A stretch of DNA of 25,844 nucleotides, taken from contig NW_021835665.1 in assembly GCF_006345805.1 (NCBI RefSeq), positions 1 to 25,844 on the forward strand, written 5' to 3'. This stretch comes from Octopus sinensis. Its lineage: Eukaryota. Below, one piece after another: positions 1 through 11,980 of the stretch. The notes under the pieces are model-generated. The model was not told the DNA's origin. It saw nothing but the letters and a program-made list of their open reading frames with translations, and ran no database searches. A program made the position numbers and the translations under genes. The stretch's first letter is position 1, and the number at the start of each line of letters is the position of its first letter.

Positions 1-333
1 GCGTGGCACCTTGGGCAAGTGTCTTCTGCTATAGCCTCGGGTCGACCAAAGCCTTGTGAGTGGATTTGTAGACGGAAACTGAAAGAATCCCGTCGTATAT
101 ATGTATATATATATGTATGTTGTTTGTGTATGTTTGTGTGTTTGTGTTTGTCCCCTAGCATTGCTTGACAACACGATGCTGGTGCGTTTATGTCCCTGTC
201 ACTTAGCGGTTCGACAAAAGAGACCGATAGAATAAGTACTGGCTTACAAAGAATAAGTCATGGGGTCGATTTGCTCGATTAAAGGCGGGTGCTCCAGCAT
301 GACCGCAGTCAATGACTGAAACACGTTAAAAGA
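1..333 (+). mobile_element. SINE family A (tRNA-derived, internal TA/TG microsatellite); 5' end cut by window edge
   Basis: Colinear with copies at 4975-5393 and 12352-12715: gcgtggcaccttgggcaagtgtcttct...aaagccttgtgagtggattt...microsatellite...cttagcggttcg...aaaggcgg(g)tgctccagcat...tgactgaaaca. Confidence 0.9.
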
Positions 334-335
334 AT

Positions 336-360
336 TATATATATATATATATATAATATC

Positions 361-394
<34 letters not shown>

Positions 395-432
395 ACACAT
401 ACGTACGTACATACGTACATATACATACATAT
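336..432. repeat. compound (TA)n/(TACA)n microsatellite
   Basis: Direct reading. Confidence 0.95.
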
Positions 433-594
433 GTACGATGGGATTCTTTCAGTTTCCATCTACCAAATTCACTCAAAAGGCTTTGGACAACCCGATGCTA
501 TTGCAGAAGACACTTATCGAAGGCACCACGCAGTGAGACTGAACTCAGAACCATGTGTTTGGGAAGCAAGCTTACTAACCCGCAGCCACGTCTG
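433..594 (-). mobile_element. SINE family A, 5' half only
   Basis: Reverse complement matches family A head and body (~85% to 1-97 by eye); stops at the internal microsatellite. Confidence 0.85.
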
Positions 595-880
595 TAGTTA
601 TCGAAGTAAGCTAGAATCCTTTACGTTATTCTTTCAAATTCTACAAATATTATCAAAATTTCCCTCAAAATCCGGTTCGACTAGACAATCCTATGTACGC
701 AAACGAGAAGGATTGCCCGCAACTGAACACGTTTAAACCAATGTCTGCTGTAGCAAAACTGGACTTGGTTGCATAAGAAATATTCCAGACACGAAAGATT
801 TGTATAAATTTTATCGACCTCTCTATAAAATGAATGAGAATATGGAATATTGGTAAAATTTGAACTTAGAACATTAATAA

Positions 881-1238
881 GAGGAAGCACTCCGTCGGTT
901 ACGACGACGAGGGTTCCGTTTGATCCGATCAATGGAACAGCCTGCTCGTGTAATTAACTGAGCACTCCACAGTCACGTGTACCCTTAATGTAGTTCTCGG
1001 GGATATTCAGCGTGGCACAGAGAGTGACAAGACCGGCCCTTTGAAATACAGGTACAACAGAAACAGGAAGTTGTGGTGAAAGAGTACAGCAGGGATCACA
1101 ACCATCCTCTGCCGGAGTCTCGTGGAGCTTTAGGTGTTTTCGCTCAATAAACACTCACAACACCCGGTCTGCGAATCGAAACTGCGATCCTATGACCGCG
1201 AGTCCGCTGCCCTAACCACTGGGCCATCGCGCCTCCAC
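881..1238 (-). mobile_element. SINE family B, full length, with 13-bp TSD
   Basis: Reverse complement colinear with 9027-9417, with two short deletions; A-box-like tggcccagtgg; flanks agaacattaataa (868-880) and agaacatcaataa (1239-1251), 1 mismatch. Confidence 0.92.
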
Positions 1239-1530
1239 AGAACATCAATAATGTTACCCGATTATATTTCATTCGGCACTCTAACGATTTTCCCCCAAAT
1301 AAGAAATACAGGAAATCTAATGCAATCAGATTCATTAGCTGTGTTTGTAATTTATTTTTATTGTTGTGGATTTTAATTTTGTATATAATTTATGTTCAAC
1401 ACTATGGTAAAATCAATAGAAATGTACTGAATATATTTAGCAAAAACTAAAAAAATAGTAATATTGATATTAATAATGATTTAGCTTAATAAGAATACCG
1501 ACAAAAGGACAGCGGCTCTATAAATAGATT

Positions 1531-1791
1531 CATATATATATATATATATATATATATACCCACAGATATATGTGTGTGTGTATATGATCTTTAATAATGG
1601 ACTCCGTAAAATTCACGAATCTACAATGTCTTTTAATTGAGAAGTTAAGAAATTTTTTTTTCTGTGCACTAAGCGACCAAGTTAAGAGGAAAAAATAGAC
1701 ACCAACAATTACATTAAAATCAATAAGACCCAAACGTATGTATATATATATATAATTGATAAAAACGATATATATAGATATATATATATAT

Positions 1792-1824
<33 letters not shown>

Positions 1825-1833
1825 TGATAAAAA

Positions 1834-1870
<37 letters not shown>

Positions 1871-1926
1871 CGTGTGGTGTGTATATATATATATATAAAG
1901 TACTGAGGCGTAAAAGGAATGTAGTT

Positions 1927-1971
<45 letters not shown>

Positions 1972-2058
1972 GATCTGAATATATACATATGTACAATATA
2001 CATACGTATGTACAAGTATACATATATACGTAATCTATAAAGATATATATATATATAA

Positions 2059-2098
<40 letters not shown>

Positions 2099-2245
2099 GA
2101 TATATGATAAGTATGTATCTATCTATCTATATATATATCATATATATATAGAGGAGAGAGAGAGAAACAGAAAGACAGAGAGAGAGAGAGATATGTACGT
2201 CTACATACCTACTTGTATCTATGTATATATATATATATATATATA
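1531..2245. repeat. compound (TA)n/(TG)n/(GA)n microsatellite field with short unique spacers
   Basis: Direct reading; unique spacer ~1585-1735. Confidence 0.9.
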
Positions 2246-2850
2246 ATGTAGTAATAACTGTAAATAGAATACTTATCTTGGCGAAAAGTAATTTAAATGT
2301 CTTGAAGAGAGCGTAATAACGATTACATAGACGTTTCTGTTGTTCTAAGATATCGTGTAGTCTTTTTCGCCGTGGTATTGGCTATTTATTGAACGCTTCT
2401 CTACCATCTTGTCAATATTCATTATATTCATTTTATATTCTTACTCTTAATGGTCAAATTTCGGATTCAACAGCAAGAAAGTTAAATTTGCCAGTTTCAT
2501 GTAAGATGAAGAGTCTCTCAATAAAACATCTTGTGAGGTTTTGATGTAATTTACTTTCAAGGAAGCAATAGTGGTTTACTTGACTGGCCAATCAAATATC
2601 AAAGACAGGAAGAGGATCCAAGCTGCAGGACATTGGTCACCAGGAAGGTCGAACTAGAGAACAGATGAAATGCGACGGCTCCACACAAACTTACAAGAAG
2701 CAACAAAAAATATCGTTTTGTTTCAGCGTTTAAAGTTAAGGGCAGGATGGTTCCTTTTAAGCTCTGTGCAAGTACACAAGCAATCATATGTTGTTGTACG
2801 CAATAAAGATTAGTTAACGAAAAAGAGTAATAAACATAGTTATTTCGTTT

Positions 2851-3053
2851 TTCACCCATGGCCAGAGAGATTACTTTGTCATATGTAATGCTTTAATTTT
2901 TTTATTCACCTGTATTATTTTTGTCGCTTTCAAATGTCGATGATGTGACTGTTTAGTCTTAGTACAGCATTGTGAGGTAAGTCTAAGAGGCCAGGTGTGG
3001 CCAGTTTGAACATAAAGCATACAAAATATTTGGGCCTAATATTACTGGTTTAA
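2851..3053 (+). mobile_element. degenerate MITE copy 1 (same family as 3050-3260)
   Basis: tgtcatatgtaatgctttaa (2877-2896) vs tgtcaaatttaatgctttaa (3076-3095); colinear similarity continues through the cattgt...gg block; period ~199 bp. Confidence 0.6.
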
Positions 3054-3260
3054 TCTCTTAGCATTCAAATCTTTCTGTCAAATTTAATGCTTTAAATTAA
3101 TCATGAAATTATTTTGAATACTGGAGATTTCACGATGCGATTGTTAATTCTTAGAATAACATTGTCGGGTAGATGTGAGCAGTCAGATCCGGTTAGTCTG
3201 GCCACAAAATGAGTAGAATAGCTGACTGTAAATGGCCGATTTGAATGCTAAGAGCATAAT
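3050..3260 (+). mobile_element. MITE with 16-bp perfect TIRs, possibly piggyBac-like (TTAA)
   Basis: ctcttagcattcaaat (3055-3070) is the exact reverse complement of atttgaatgctaagag (3239-3254); ttaa at 3050-3053; right-hand TTAA is degenerate. Confidence 0.75.
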
Positions 3261-4525
3261 AAAACAAAATGGTACCATAAATGGTACTATAGACAATAAA
3301 TCGCTTACACTGAGTCATAGAAACCACAGAAAATATAGTTGGATGGTTTTTCGTTTCTCTGTCTAATTAGTGATTTCCTCATCTAATATTACTTTAATTC
3401 GAAATATATAACCATCCATTCGTTCATTAGTTTTATTTGTATATGTTTTCAATAACGTATATCTAACGAATATTCACACGGACAATTGACTTCATCTGCT
3501 TTCTGTTCCAAGCGTTACGAACTCTGATCCTCAGCATGTGTCGTATTCCAGGGTATGGATGTAATTTTAGATTAACTGAAAACTAGATATGTCTCGAAAA
3601 CAACTTTGATCATAGTTCTGTAAGATCGAGGCTGACCTCCGGATGAATGATTCCGAACAAGAATATAATGATTAAAAATGATTAATCGATTACAAATATA
3701 TGTTCCTGTAGGTGGTTTCCACTGCATTTATTAAAGTACTCAGACGTAAACGGAGTGTAACTAATACAAATCAAAACAAGGAAAGTGAAATCAGTTCGAC
3801 TGAAACTCAACCGGAATACAGCTACTCTTCGCAAAGTGACTACAAACTATGCCTGCTTGATCTAGATGCTGGACGTCTCCCAGTAGCAATATTGTAACCT
3901 TTTCATTGAGTATTTACGTGGAACCGCTAAAGGGGATAATTTATCTTCGTGATTCCTATTATAATCTCAAACGCACCGTGACTGAAAGAATATACAACCA
4001 GATCCGTATATATGACTTTACTTGACCTATCAGAACAAAGAGTTAGATGACAAACAAGTAATTCACCCGACACGACGCCTCATAGTTTGTGGCGGAGACA
4101 TAGGTAAGAAACTTAGGAAGAGCAGGTAAGTGGATATTGTTTCATACATTTGCCAGATCGAAGTTTTGGATGGAATTTCTTCCCAGAAGCACCGATAAAA
4201 CTAAATCAGTTTGTTTTGACTTCTCCCGTTACCCGTCCGTAGTACAAAATAATTTAAATAATGGATGATGTCCAATATCATGTCCGTATAACTAGCAGCT
4301 GTTGAACTTCGATGTTTAGAAGAATTCCTGAGTAGAACTTATTATTATTACCTCCGCCTTTTAAACTATTTTGAATGGTGAATTGGTTAACTTTGGCTTA
4401 TGAGGAAAAACTATTCATTACTGTTACTAAATTTTCTACAGCCACCTTCATGTACCATGACTACCATTGGGATCGATGAGGTACCGGACAAGGATTCTGG
4501 ATTATTTGTCCGTTTTTTATTACTT

Positions 4526-4738
4526 AAAAGAAGCCCATGTTTTATATATATATGTATGTGTGCGTGTGTGTGTTTGGCCCTCCACCATTGATTGACAGCC
4601 GATCTTGGAGTGCTTATGTCTACGTAATATAGCGGTTCGGCAAAATGGATTGATAGAACAAATATTAGGATTATAAAGAATAAGTTGGCTAAAGGCGGTG
4701 CTCCGCAGTCAGATGACTGAAACAAGTAAAAAGATAAA
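4526..4738 (+). mobile_element. SINE family A, 3' half, diverged with internal deletions
   Basis: aaaagaagccc, microsatellite, tagcggttcggcaaaa, ctaaaggcggtgctcc, gatgactgaaacaagtaaaagataaa. Confidence 0.85.
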
Positions 4739-4901
4739 AATAAATAAAAGTTTATATACATGTGACAAGGAAATCTCAGTATATATAGTGGGATATCTAC
4801 CTCTAAATTAAGCACCCGAAGTGACACACCCAGCATTCAGATGCATAACATAATATCACTCCCCCTACGTGGTACTAAATCCGTCCTCCATTTCCTTTCT
4901 C

Positions 4902-4903
<2 letters not shown>

Positions 4904-4944
<41 letters not shown>

Positions 4945-4970
4945 GTATATATATATATATATATATGTAT
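4904..4970. repeat. (TA)n microsatellite
   Basis: Direct reading. Confidence 0.95.
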
Positions 4971-4974
4971 TCGA

Positions 4975-5393
4975 GAGGGGCTGTGTGGTAAGTAGCTTGC
5001 TTACGAACAACATGGTTCCGGTTCAGTCCTACTGCGTGGCACCTTGGGTAAGTGTCTTCTACTATACCCTCGAGCCGACCAAAGCCTTGTGAGTGGATTC
5101 GTTAGACCGAAACTGAAAGAATCGATTCGTATATATGTGTATATATATGTATGTATGTGTATATGTTTGTTTTATTTTTCCATGTTTGTCCCTCCCCAAC
5201 ATCGCTTGACAGCTGATGCTTGTGTGTTTATGTCCCCATAACTTAGCGGTTCGGCAAAAGAGACCGATGTAATAAGTACTAGGCTTAGAAAGAATAAGAA
5301 TAAGTCCTAGGGTCTATTTCCTCGACTAAAGGCGGTGCTCCAGAATGGCCACAGTCAAATGGCTGAAACAGGTAAAAGAGTAAAAGACTAAAA
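4975..5393 (+). mobile_element. SINE family A, near full length
   Basis: tRNA-like head (ggctgtgtggtaag; B-box-like ggttcagtcc), ccttgggtaagt block resembling the start of the CORE domain, internal microsatellite, tail taaaagag/taaaagac/taaaag. Confidence 0.92.
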
Positions 5394-5469
5394 GCGTATA
5401 TAGGTAGGTAGGTAGATATAAGAACAAACATTGAATGAGTGATTGGCTGTTAATTTTGATACATCAAGT

Positions 5470-5750
5470 ACAAGACGAAGACATACAGATCTTATATCAC
5501 TATGATTTGAACTCGGAATGGTTAGAGCCGAAAGTGTAATCTACAACATATTTGACCCGTTGCGCTTTTGGTTCATTCACTCCAGCAGCGAGCGCTGTAT
5601 GAGAATAATATTCATTTGCATCGTATACTGATGGACTTAGATTCGATTGATAACTGTAATCAATTATATCGCCCCTTATATGTAACTGGTACTCGTTTTA
5701 TCTCCGTCCCTTTATCCCGTGAACGATGAAACATAAAAATAATCGACCCC
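5470..5750 (-). mobile_element. two decayed SINE family C fragments (~5470-5590, ~5663-5750)
   Basis: atttgaactcggaatg; actggtac (reverse complement of gtaccagt at 13916-13923); atcgacccc (reverse complement of ggggtcgat at 13710-13718). Confidence 0.45.
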
Positions 5751-5829
5751 TTGAGAGGATAATTAAATTATGAAAAGTCATCTACTTCGCATTGCCATTA
5801 TTTCTATCTGAACATATTACTCTCACACA

Positions 5830-5898
5830 AACAACAATGATAACATTACAATTATCAATATCATTGATAATAATAGTATTGATGATGATGATAATAAA

Positions 5899-5936
<38 letters not shown>

Positions 5937-6050
5937 CAATAATAATGATAATAATAATAATAATGATAATAGTAGACATAAAAATAAAAATAAAATTATA
6001 ATAATAATAATTTTAAGGATGATGATGGTGATAATAATAATAATAACAAC

Positions 6051-6109
<59 letters not shown>

Positions 6110-6114
6110 CAATA

Positions 6115-6145
<31 letters not shown>

Positions 6146-6252
6146 TAATAATATAATAATAATAATAATAATAATAATGATAATAATAATAATAATAAAG
6201 ATTGCAATAATAACAAAACCAACAACAGGAAAGACAGCGACAATAATAATGG

Positions 6253-6283
<31 letters not shown>

Positions 6284-6312
6284 GATGGTGGTGGTGGTGG
6301 TGATGATGAAGA
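5830..6312. repeat. compound trinucleotide array (AAT)n with (AAC)/(GAT)n/(GGT)n blocks
   Basis: Direct reading; source of the poly-I/Y/H/L ORFs. Confidence 0.95.
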
Positions 6313-6487
6313 TGTAGTTTAGGGTCAGCATCCATCCACATAGAGAAACTATTTACTTTATGGTCTTTGAATAATGAAGCAGTGGCGCGGAAAATCTACA
6401 TCTGTGAACTTACTACCTGTACCGAATCCGCGACACCTTGAAATCAATTACCAATCAGCAATCAGTGAAGGGCCACCCCCACTTCCT

Positions 6488-6959
6488 CCTCACACAGCAC
6501 ACACAGCACATACACACATACATACACACATACACACTAATACACACATGTATAATATGTATATATGTATATATATATATATATGTAAATGTGTACATTT
6601 ACACATTCATATATATATATACATACGCACACGCACACACACATATACGATATGCATATATATATATATTTATATTTATATATATGCACACTTATATTTG
6701 TATATATGCATATATACGCAATATGGAGAGTAAATGTATTAATATGCATTATATATGTATATATAAATATATTTAACTGTGTGCATGTTTATTACATAAA
6801 TATATATATACATACATACACACATACATATATATTTTAAAACCTACATGCATATATACATATGTATCTACATACATATATATATGTTTGTGTACATATA
6901 TACATACACACAGTTATATGTGTGTTTGTATATCTGTATATATACGTTTGCATATATAC

Positions 6960-7005
<46 letters not shown>

Positions 7006-7095
7006 AATTAAGTATATATGCATATGTACATATGTATATATATATATATATATATAATATATATATATATGTATGTATGTAGGCATGTGTGTGTC
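6488..7095. repeat. compound (CA)n/(TA)n/(TACA)n low-complexity field
   Basis: Direct reading. Confidence 0.93.
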
Positions 7096-8416
7096 TTTAC
7101 GTGTGCATATACAACTGTACAGCACCGTTAAGATAATGTGAACTGCAAGCGATAGTTAATCAATACCATGCGTGTTTACTGTACCTAAACTAATGACGAA
7201 TTTGATCGAGGAACTTTGGGAAGAATTACAAATTATCGACATGCATTATTGAAGTATTGTGCAATAGACGTTGGAAATATAATATGAAAGGGCAAATTGT
7301 TGCAAGTGGCTTAGAGAGGCATGTTGGGAGCGGGTGTTAAATACCGATAAACGAAAATTACAATGCGTTTTCAACAACAAGTTGAAGTCTTGATTGCATT
7401 TTCTTAGACTTATGTTCTAAATTTTGAAAATATCGCCAAAATCATTTTGGTTCCTGGAAATTGTGTGTTTGTATATTTGTATATATAATATATGTTTGCC
7501 TCGTTTTCTTTTTGGAAAAATTCGAAATACAAACGTGCTATGCCCCTTTTTTTAATTTCATATTTGGAAAAATATAAAATATAAAATAAAACAATGACTT
7601 TCAAATTTTAATAAATTGATAAAATTCTTGAACGCGAATGTGTTTATCGCTCGCCATTATAGAGCAAATTGTCCTCGCATATAAATGTTTTTCCATATTA
7701 TACTCTATTCAGTAGCATAAGAGGAATTTTGGGGAACCCGGTATAATGAATGTAACGAGAAATTGTAAATTTTGCTTATAAATAGAGCCAACAATTTTTT
7801 TTTCTGTTGCATGCTGATAGTAATTCCTCGAAAATTGCGGAACATGGTAAGAACAGAAGGGCAAGTCTTTTTGTTGATTTTTGGTCTTCATCCTGCGTTT
7901 GGCAAAATATAAAGGAAATAGAAATTTGTGATTATCTATGAATGAAACAATCGACAAATAGAGCAATATCTTTCTCCTCTGGATTTAGCTTTTCATAATC
8001 TCGGAAATTAAAGAATCGGCTATTACTTCAATGTAGAAATATGTTTTGAATACTAGCACTCGTGTGGTCTCCTTTTGGATCAACTAAGGACCAAGTTGTG
8101 GTTTAAAACGATAAGCTTAAAATGTTTACAACCCAACAGGGTACCCTACACGCAATGTATTAGATGTACCGGTTATTTATATTTACAATATCTCGTCCAT
8201 GGATGGGTATATACATCAGAGAACCCGGTAAACCTGTCTTATGCTCCTTGGGAAGCACTCCGGACCAGCCAAAGCAGAAAGTAAGTAACATGGGTATTAC
8301 TGTCCCGAATTATCCTAAGACTCATCGGGTGGATTACTCAATTTTCATGGCATAAAACTGACCGAGACTACAATATCATTCACTTTTCACAGGGTAGCAG
8401 TTCATCGTAGGATTAT

Positions 8417-8560
8417 ACATTTGCAGGTTGGTGGACGGTGCAGCATCTTGAAATGAAGTGTTTTGTTCATGAAAAAAAAACCCACACTGTCTGGTCCGAG
8501 AATCGAATCCATGATGTTGTGATCGTGAGTGCAATGTCCTACCCGTTAGGTCACGTGCCT
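8417..8560 (-). mobile_element. diverged SINE family D-like 5' part
   Basis: Reverse complement aligns loosely with 15253-15395 (e.g. ggtccgagaatcga vs ggtccgggaatcga; gaaatgaagtg vs aaaataaagtc). Confidence 0.6.
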
Positions 8561-9026
8561 GCACCACTGTCAAAGCGATCAACACAACGTGTGGTTTATA
8601 ATCATTCAGTGAAAGACGTTTTGATGCTGTTTGTGACATCTAATCGCTTCAGAGATAAATCTAATCTTTTCACAATAATCTTTGATTAAAAACTATTCTA
8701 GAAATGCTGAAATAAGTTTGTGGCTGTCAACTTAAAGTAAGCTGCAAAACCTGAACGTAAAGAAAGTGACATTTTGAATCGTATACTAAAAGTATTTTTC
8801 CGTTCACATGTAATCCACCTTGAAATCTCAATTACTGTAATGTGCCTCATCAACAATTGTACACCAAATTGGTTGACTGGCTGACCACCGGACAAAGTGC
8901 CAAACAGCCGAGTTCATTAAGATCTTAGGTGAAATCATGCCTCGGCAGACATTACCCAATGGATTTTCCTGGTAAATACGTTTTTTTTCATCACTTCTAG
9001 ATTCATAGGTTCAATAATAACCATGT

Positions 9027-9417
9027 GGAGGCGCAATGGCCCAGTGGTTAGGGCAGCGGACTCGCGGTCATAGGATCGCGGTTTCGATTCCCAGACCGGG
9101 CGTTGTGAGTGTTTATTGAGCGAAAACACCTAAAGCTCCACGAGTCTCCGGCAGGGGATGGTGGTGATCCCTGCTGTACTCCTTCACCACAACTTTCTCT
9201 CACTCTTACTTCCTGTTTCTGTTGTACCTGTATTTCAAAGGGCCGGCCTTGTCACTCTCTGTGTCACGCTGAATATCCCCGAGAACTACGTTAAGAGTAC
9301 ACGTGTATGTGGAGTACTCAGCCACTTACACGTTAATTTCACGAGCAGGCTGTTCCGTTGATTCGGATCAACCGGAACCCTCATCGTCGTAACCGACGGG
9401 GTGCTTCCAAAAAAAAG
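9027..9417 (+). mobile_element. SINE family B, full length, A-rich tail, 8-bp TSD
   Basis: A-box tggcccagtgg (9037-9047), B-box-like gtttcgattcc, A8 tail (9409-9416), TSD aaccatgt (9019-9026 and 9418-9425). Confidence 0.95.
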
Positions 9418-10817
9418 AACCATGTACTTCAGGCGAATTATTCGTCTATATCCAAACACTTAAAAGTCAATGTTAGGAATTAATATTTCTTTAGAGTAAA
9501 CACTTCTGTGCTGCCGGTGTTGCTACATTCTATTTCGAAATGTAGGGATCGATGCGTCATCAGGCAGTGAAGCAGTTCTGTACGTATTTTGGCCTCTCCC
9601 ATCGTAATATCAGAGCTGCTTTGGCCACTCACTGATGTAGGCAACAAAACTCTCATACAACATCACAAAATTGGCTGAGTAAAATTTCATGACCCTGGGC
9701 CAGATGTTTCTACCATCCTCGACGCTCTTTCTGTCTGCGCCTCTCATCACCGTTCGTGCGCCAGTTGTAATAGACACATTCCTGGCACCATCTTTTGTCT
9801 ACTTCGCAGCTCGGTTCTGTACGGAACAATCACTCACTATATCAGAAATTATGTGATTCGATTCTTGTTTACAAACTCAAGGAAATTGTCGTAAATTGGT
9901 CGAGATAAGGTGTTCAATATTCCTCTGTAATCCAATTCTGTCAATTCAAAACAGATGATGATTTTGCCCAATATGGGAATCTATTACATAATCAGAAGAA
10001 TAGCAATGAGATCGATCGATCGAAGCGATATTACTATGTCTCTAAGATTTACGACTTGGTGTCCATTAAACAAATTAGAATAGTTCTACTTATAACGATT
10101 TAACTGCGAAACAATTACAGGTAATGAAAACGTGTATAGGCAATAGTTCAATAACCCGATATGTATTCAAGTTCCACGGAGCCGAAGAGCCAAAATGGTC
10201 GACATCTCATTTTGTCTCGCCATAATTTATGACTCACTACGATAGGGGAAAATTTATAAACTGCTTCGGTAAAATCTCTTACTGACTGACGGTAATGCTA
10301 TCCACTGCTCACCGCTATCTCGCTTTGCAAAGAAATAAATATATGAATAAATAAGAGATAAAAATCACACAAACCTATACATGAAAGACGACGGGTAATT
10401 GTGAATGGATATGACGTGATTAAGAAAAACAGAAGATACCAAAAGTTTATTCCGTCATTGTGAGGTAAGTATTGAGATAATGGCCTCTTATTCTTTAAGC
10501 AATAAAATTTACGGTGTGTGCAAAATATATAAAAACATATGTGGAAATAAAAGAAAGAGAAAGCGAGGGCAGTAACGTTTGATCAAAGCTTTGAATTTAT
10601 GGTTTATGAGGGAAACGCGATATTTTGTGGCTGACAAGAAAAAAAAAAAAACAACAAGAAAACAACGAAAAATATGAGAATAGGTAATTGGTGAGTTGTG
10701 TTTTGTTGATGTAAGGTTTAAGGTAAGCAAGGTCTGAATCATATTAATATATTCAATGCAGGAAAATATATTCAACTCATAATATTATTATATCGCTGCG
10801 ATACCGTTGTGGCTGTA

Positions 10818-10944
10818 CATATGTGTGTGTGTGTAAACCTCAACGCGATCGTATGTGTGAGGATGTAAGCATACGAACCTGGGTGTCTGTCTGTGCGATG
10901 ACATATGAATATATAATTATACATTAAATACATACATATACACG

Positions 10945-10975
<31 letters not shown>

Positions 10976-11002
10976 GAATAAACACACACACACACATATA
11001 TA

Positions 11003-11033
<31 letters not shown>

Positions 11034-11240
11034 CTCGTGCTCATACACACACAGGTGAGGGTTGAGAACATATACATGTGTGTGTGTAAGTATATAGATT
11101 GATTTTCATTTGCACACGCACATATACATACACACACAGACACACACACATATATATATATATATATACACATATATATATATTTACATATATGCATATA
11201 GATAGATATCTCTATATAAACGTATTTACACACACACACA

Positions 11241-11272
<32 letters not shown>

Positions 11273-11432
11273 TTATACATATATGTATGCTTATAGTATT
11301 TATATATACGTAATTATGTATATATATATTTATATATATATATGATTTGTATGCACGATTTTGTGTATGTGTGTCTTGTATATATTTCCTTCTATGGCTG
11401 GTGTGTATATGTGTGTGTGTGTGGTACGTATG
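10818..11432. repeat. compound (TG)n/(CA)n/(TA)n microsatellite field
   Basis: Direct reading. Confidence 0.93.
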
Positions 11433-11619
11433 TAAGTGTGTCCGAATGTAGTTAGTAAAAGTATGTGTATACGAGAGAAGGATACATTCAGGAAAGGACA
11501 TGAATATGAAAATGTGCTATAAATACGTTGAATATAGGCTTGCATCTGTATAACATATATAAGTTATATTTATGGGCTAATATTTACACATGTAAGTATA
11601 ATTATGGCCTTTATCCCCA

Positions 11620-11728
11620 TCTCTCTCTCACTCCATCTTTTTATCTATGTATCTATCTCTCTGCCTGTCTGCCCATCCAGTTTTCTCTCTCAGTCTCTCA
11701 CTCTATCTATCTATCTATCGATCTATCG

Positions 11729-11818
<90 letters not shown>

Positions 11819-11827
11819 GCATATATA
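11620..11827. repeat. (CT)n-(CTAT)n-(CT)n-(TA)n compound microsatellite
   Basis: Direct reading. Confidence 0.93.
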
Positions 11828-11980
11828 TTCAGTTTCCGTCAACCAAATCCACTCACAAGGCTTTGGTTGATCCGAGGCTATAGTAGAAGCCATTTGCCCA
11901 AGGTGCCACGCTGTGGGACTGAACACGGAACCATGTGGATGGTTAGAAAGCTTCTTACCACGCAGCCACTCCTGTGTCTG
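11828..11980 (-). mobile_element. SINE family A, 5' half only
   Basis: 77/84 identity (by eye) of 11828-11911 to 12355-12438 as reverse complement; head cttcttaccacgcagccactcctg. Confidence 0.9.

Noticed and set aside
954-1376. ORFs similar to those at 8935-9361, which could suggest a duplicated gene
   Set aside because: The similarity comes from the two SINE B copies; no coding signature.
1755-1844. attgataaaaacgata duplicated at a 68-bp period
   Set aside because: Ordinary slippage duplication inside a TA field; only two units, not CRISPR-like.
4340-4520. attacctccgcc...ggattctggatt, resembling a recalled MITE
   Set aside because: No partner TIR or second copy in the window; rests on memory only.
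5782-6341. Long ORFs with poly-His/Tyr/Ile/Leu (up to 172 aa)
   Set aside because: Pure translations of trinucleotide repeats.
9027-9100. tRNA gene call for SINE heads (also 15253-15325 and 25650-25716)
   Set aside because: A/B boxes are present but the cloverleaf is incomplete; at 9027 and 15253 the heads continue into SINE bodies with TSDs.
9515-9570. CUGAUGA...GAAA on the minus strand (hammerhead-like)
   Set aside because: No stem II; the GAAA lies in the loop of a competing ctacatt/aatgtag hairpin; stem I is only 3 bp.
9700-9830. Minus-strand peptide VDKRWCQECVYYNWRTNGDERRR, vaguely like an RTE LINE C-terminus
   Set aside because: Only RW and basic residues match; no flanking RT motifs.
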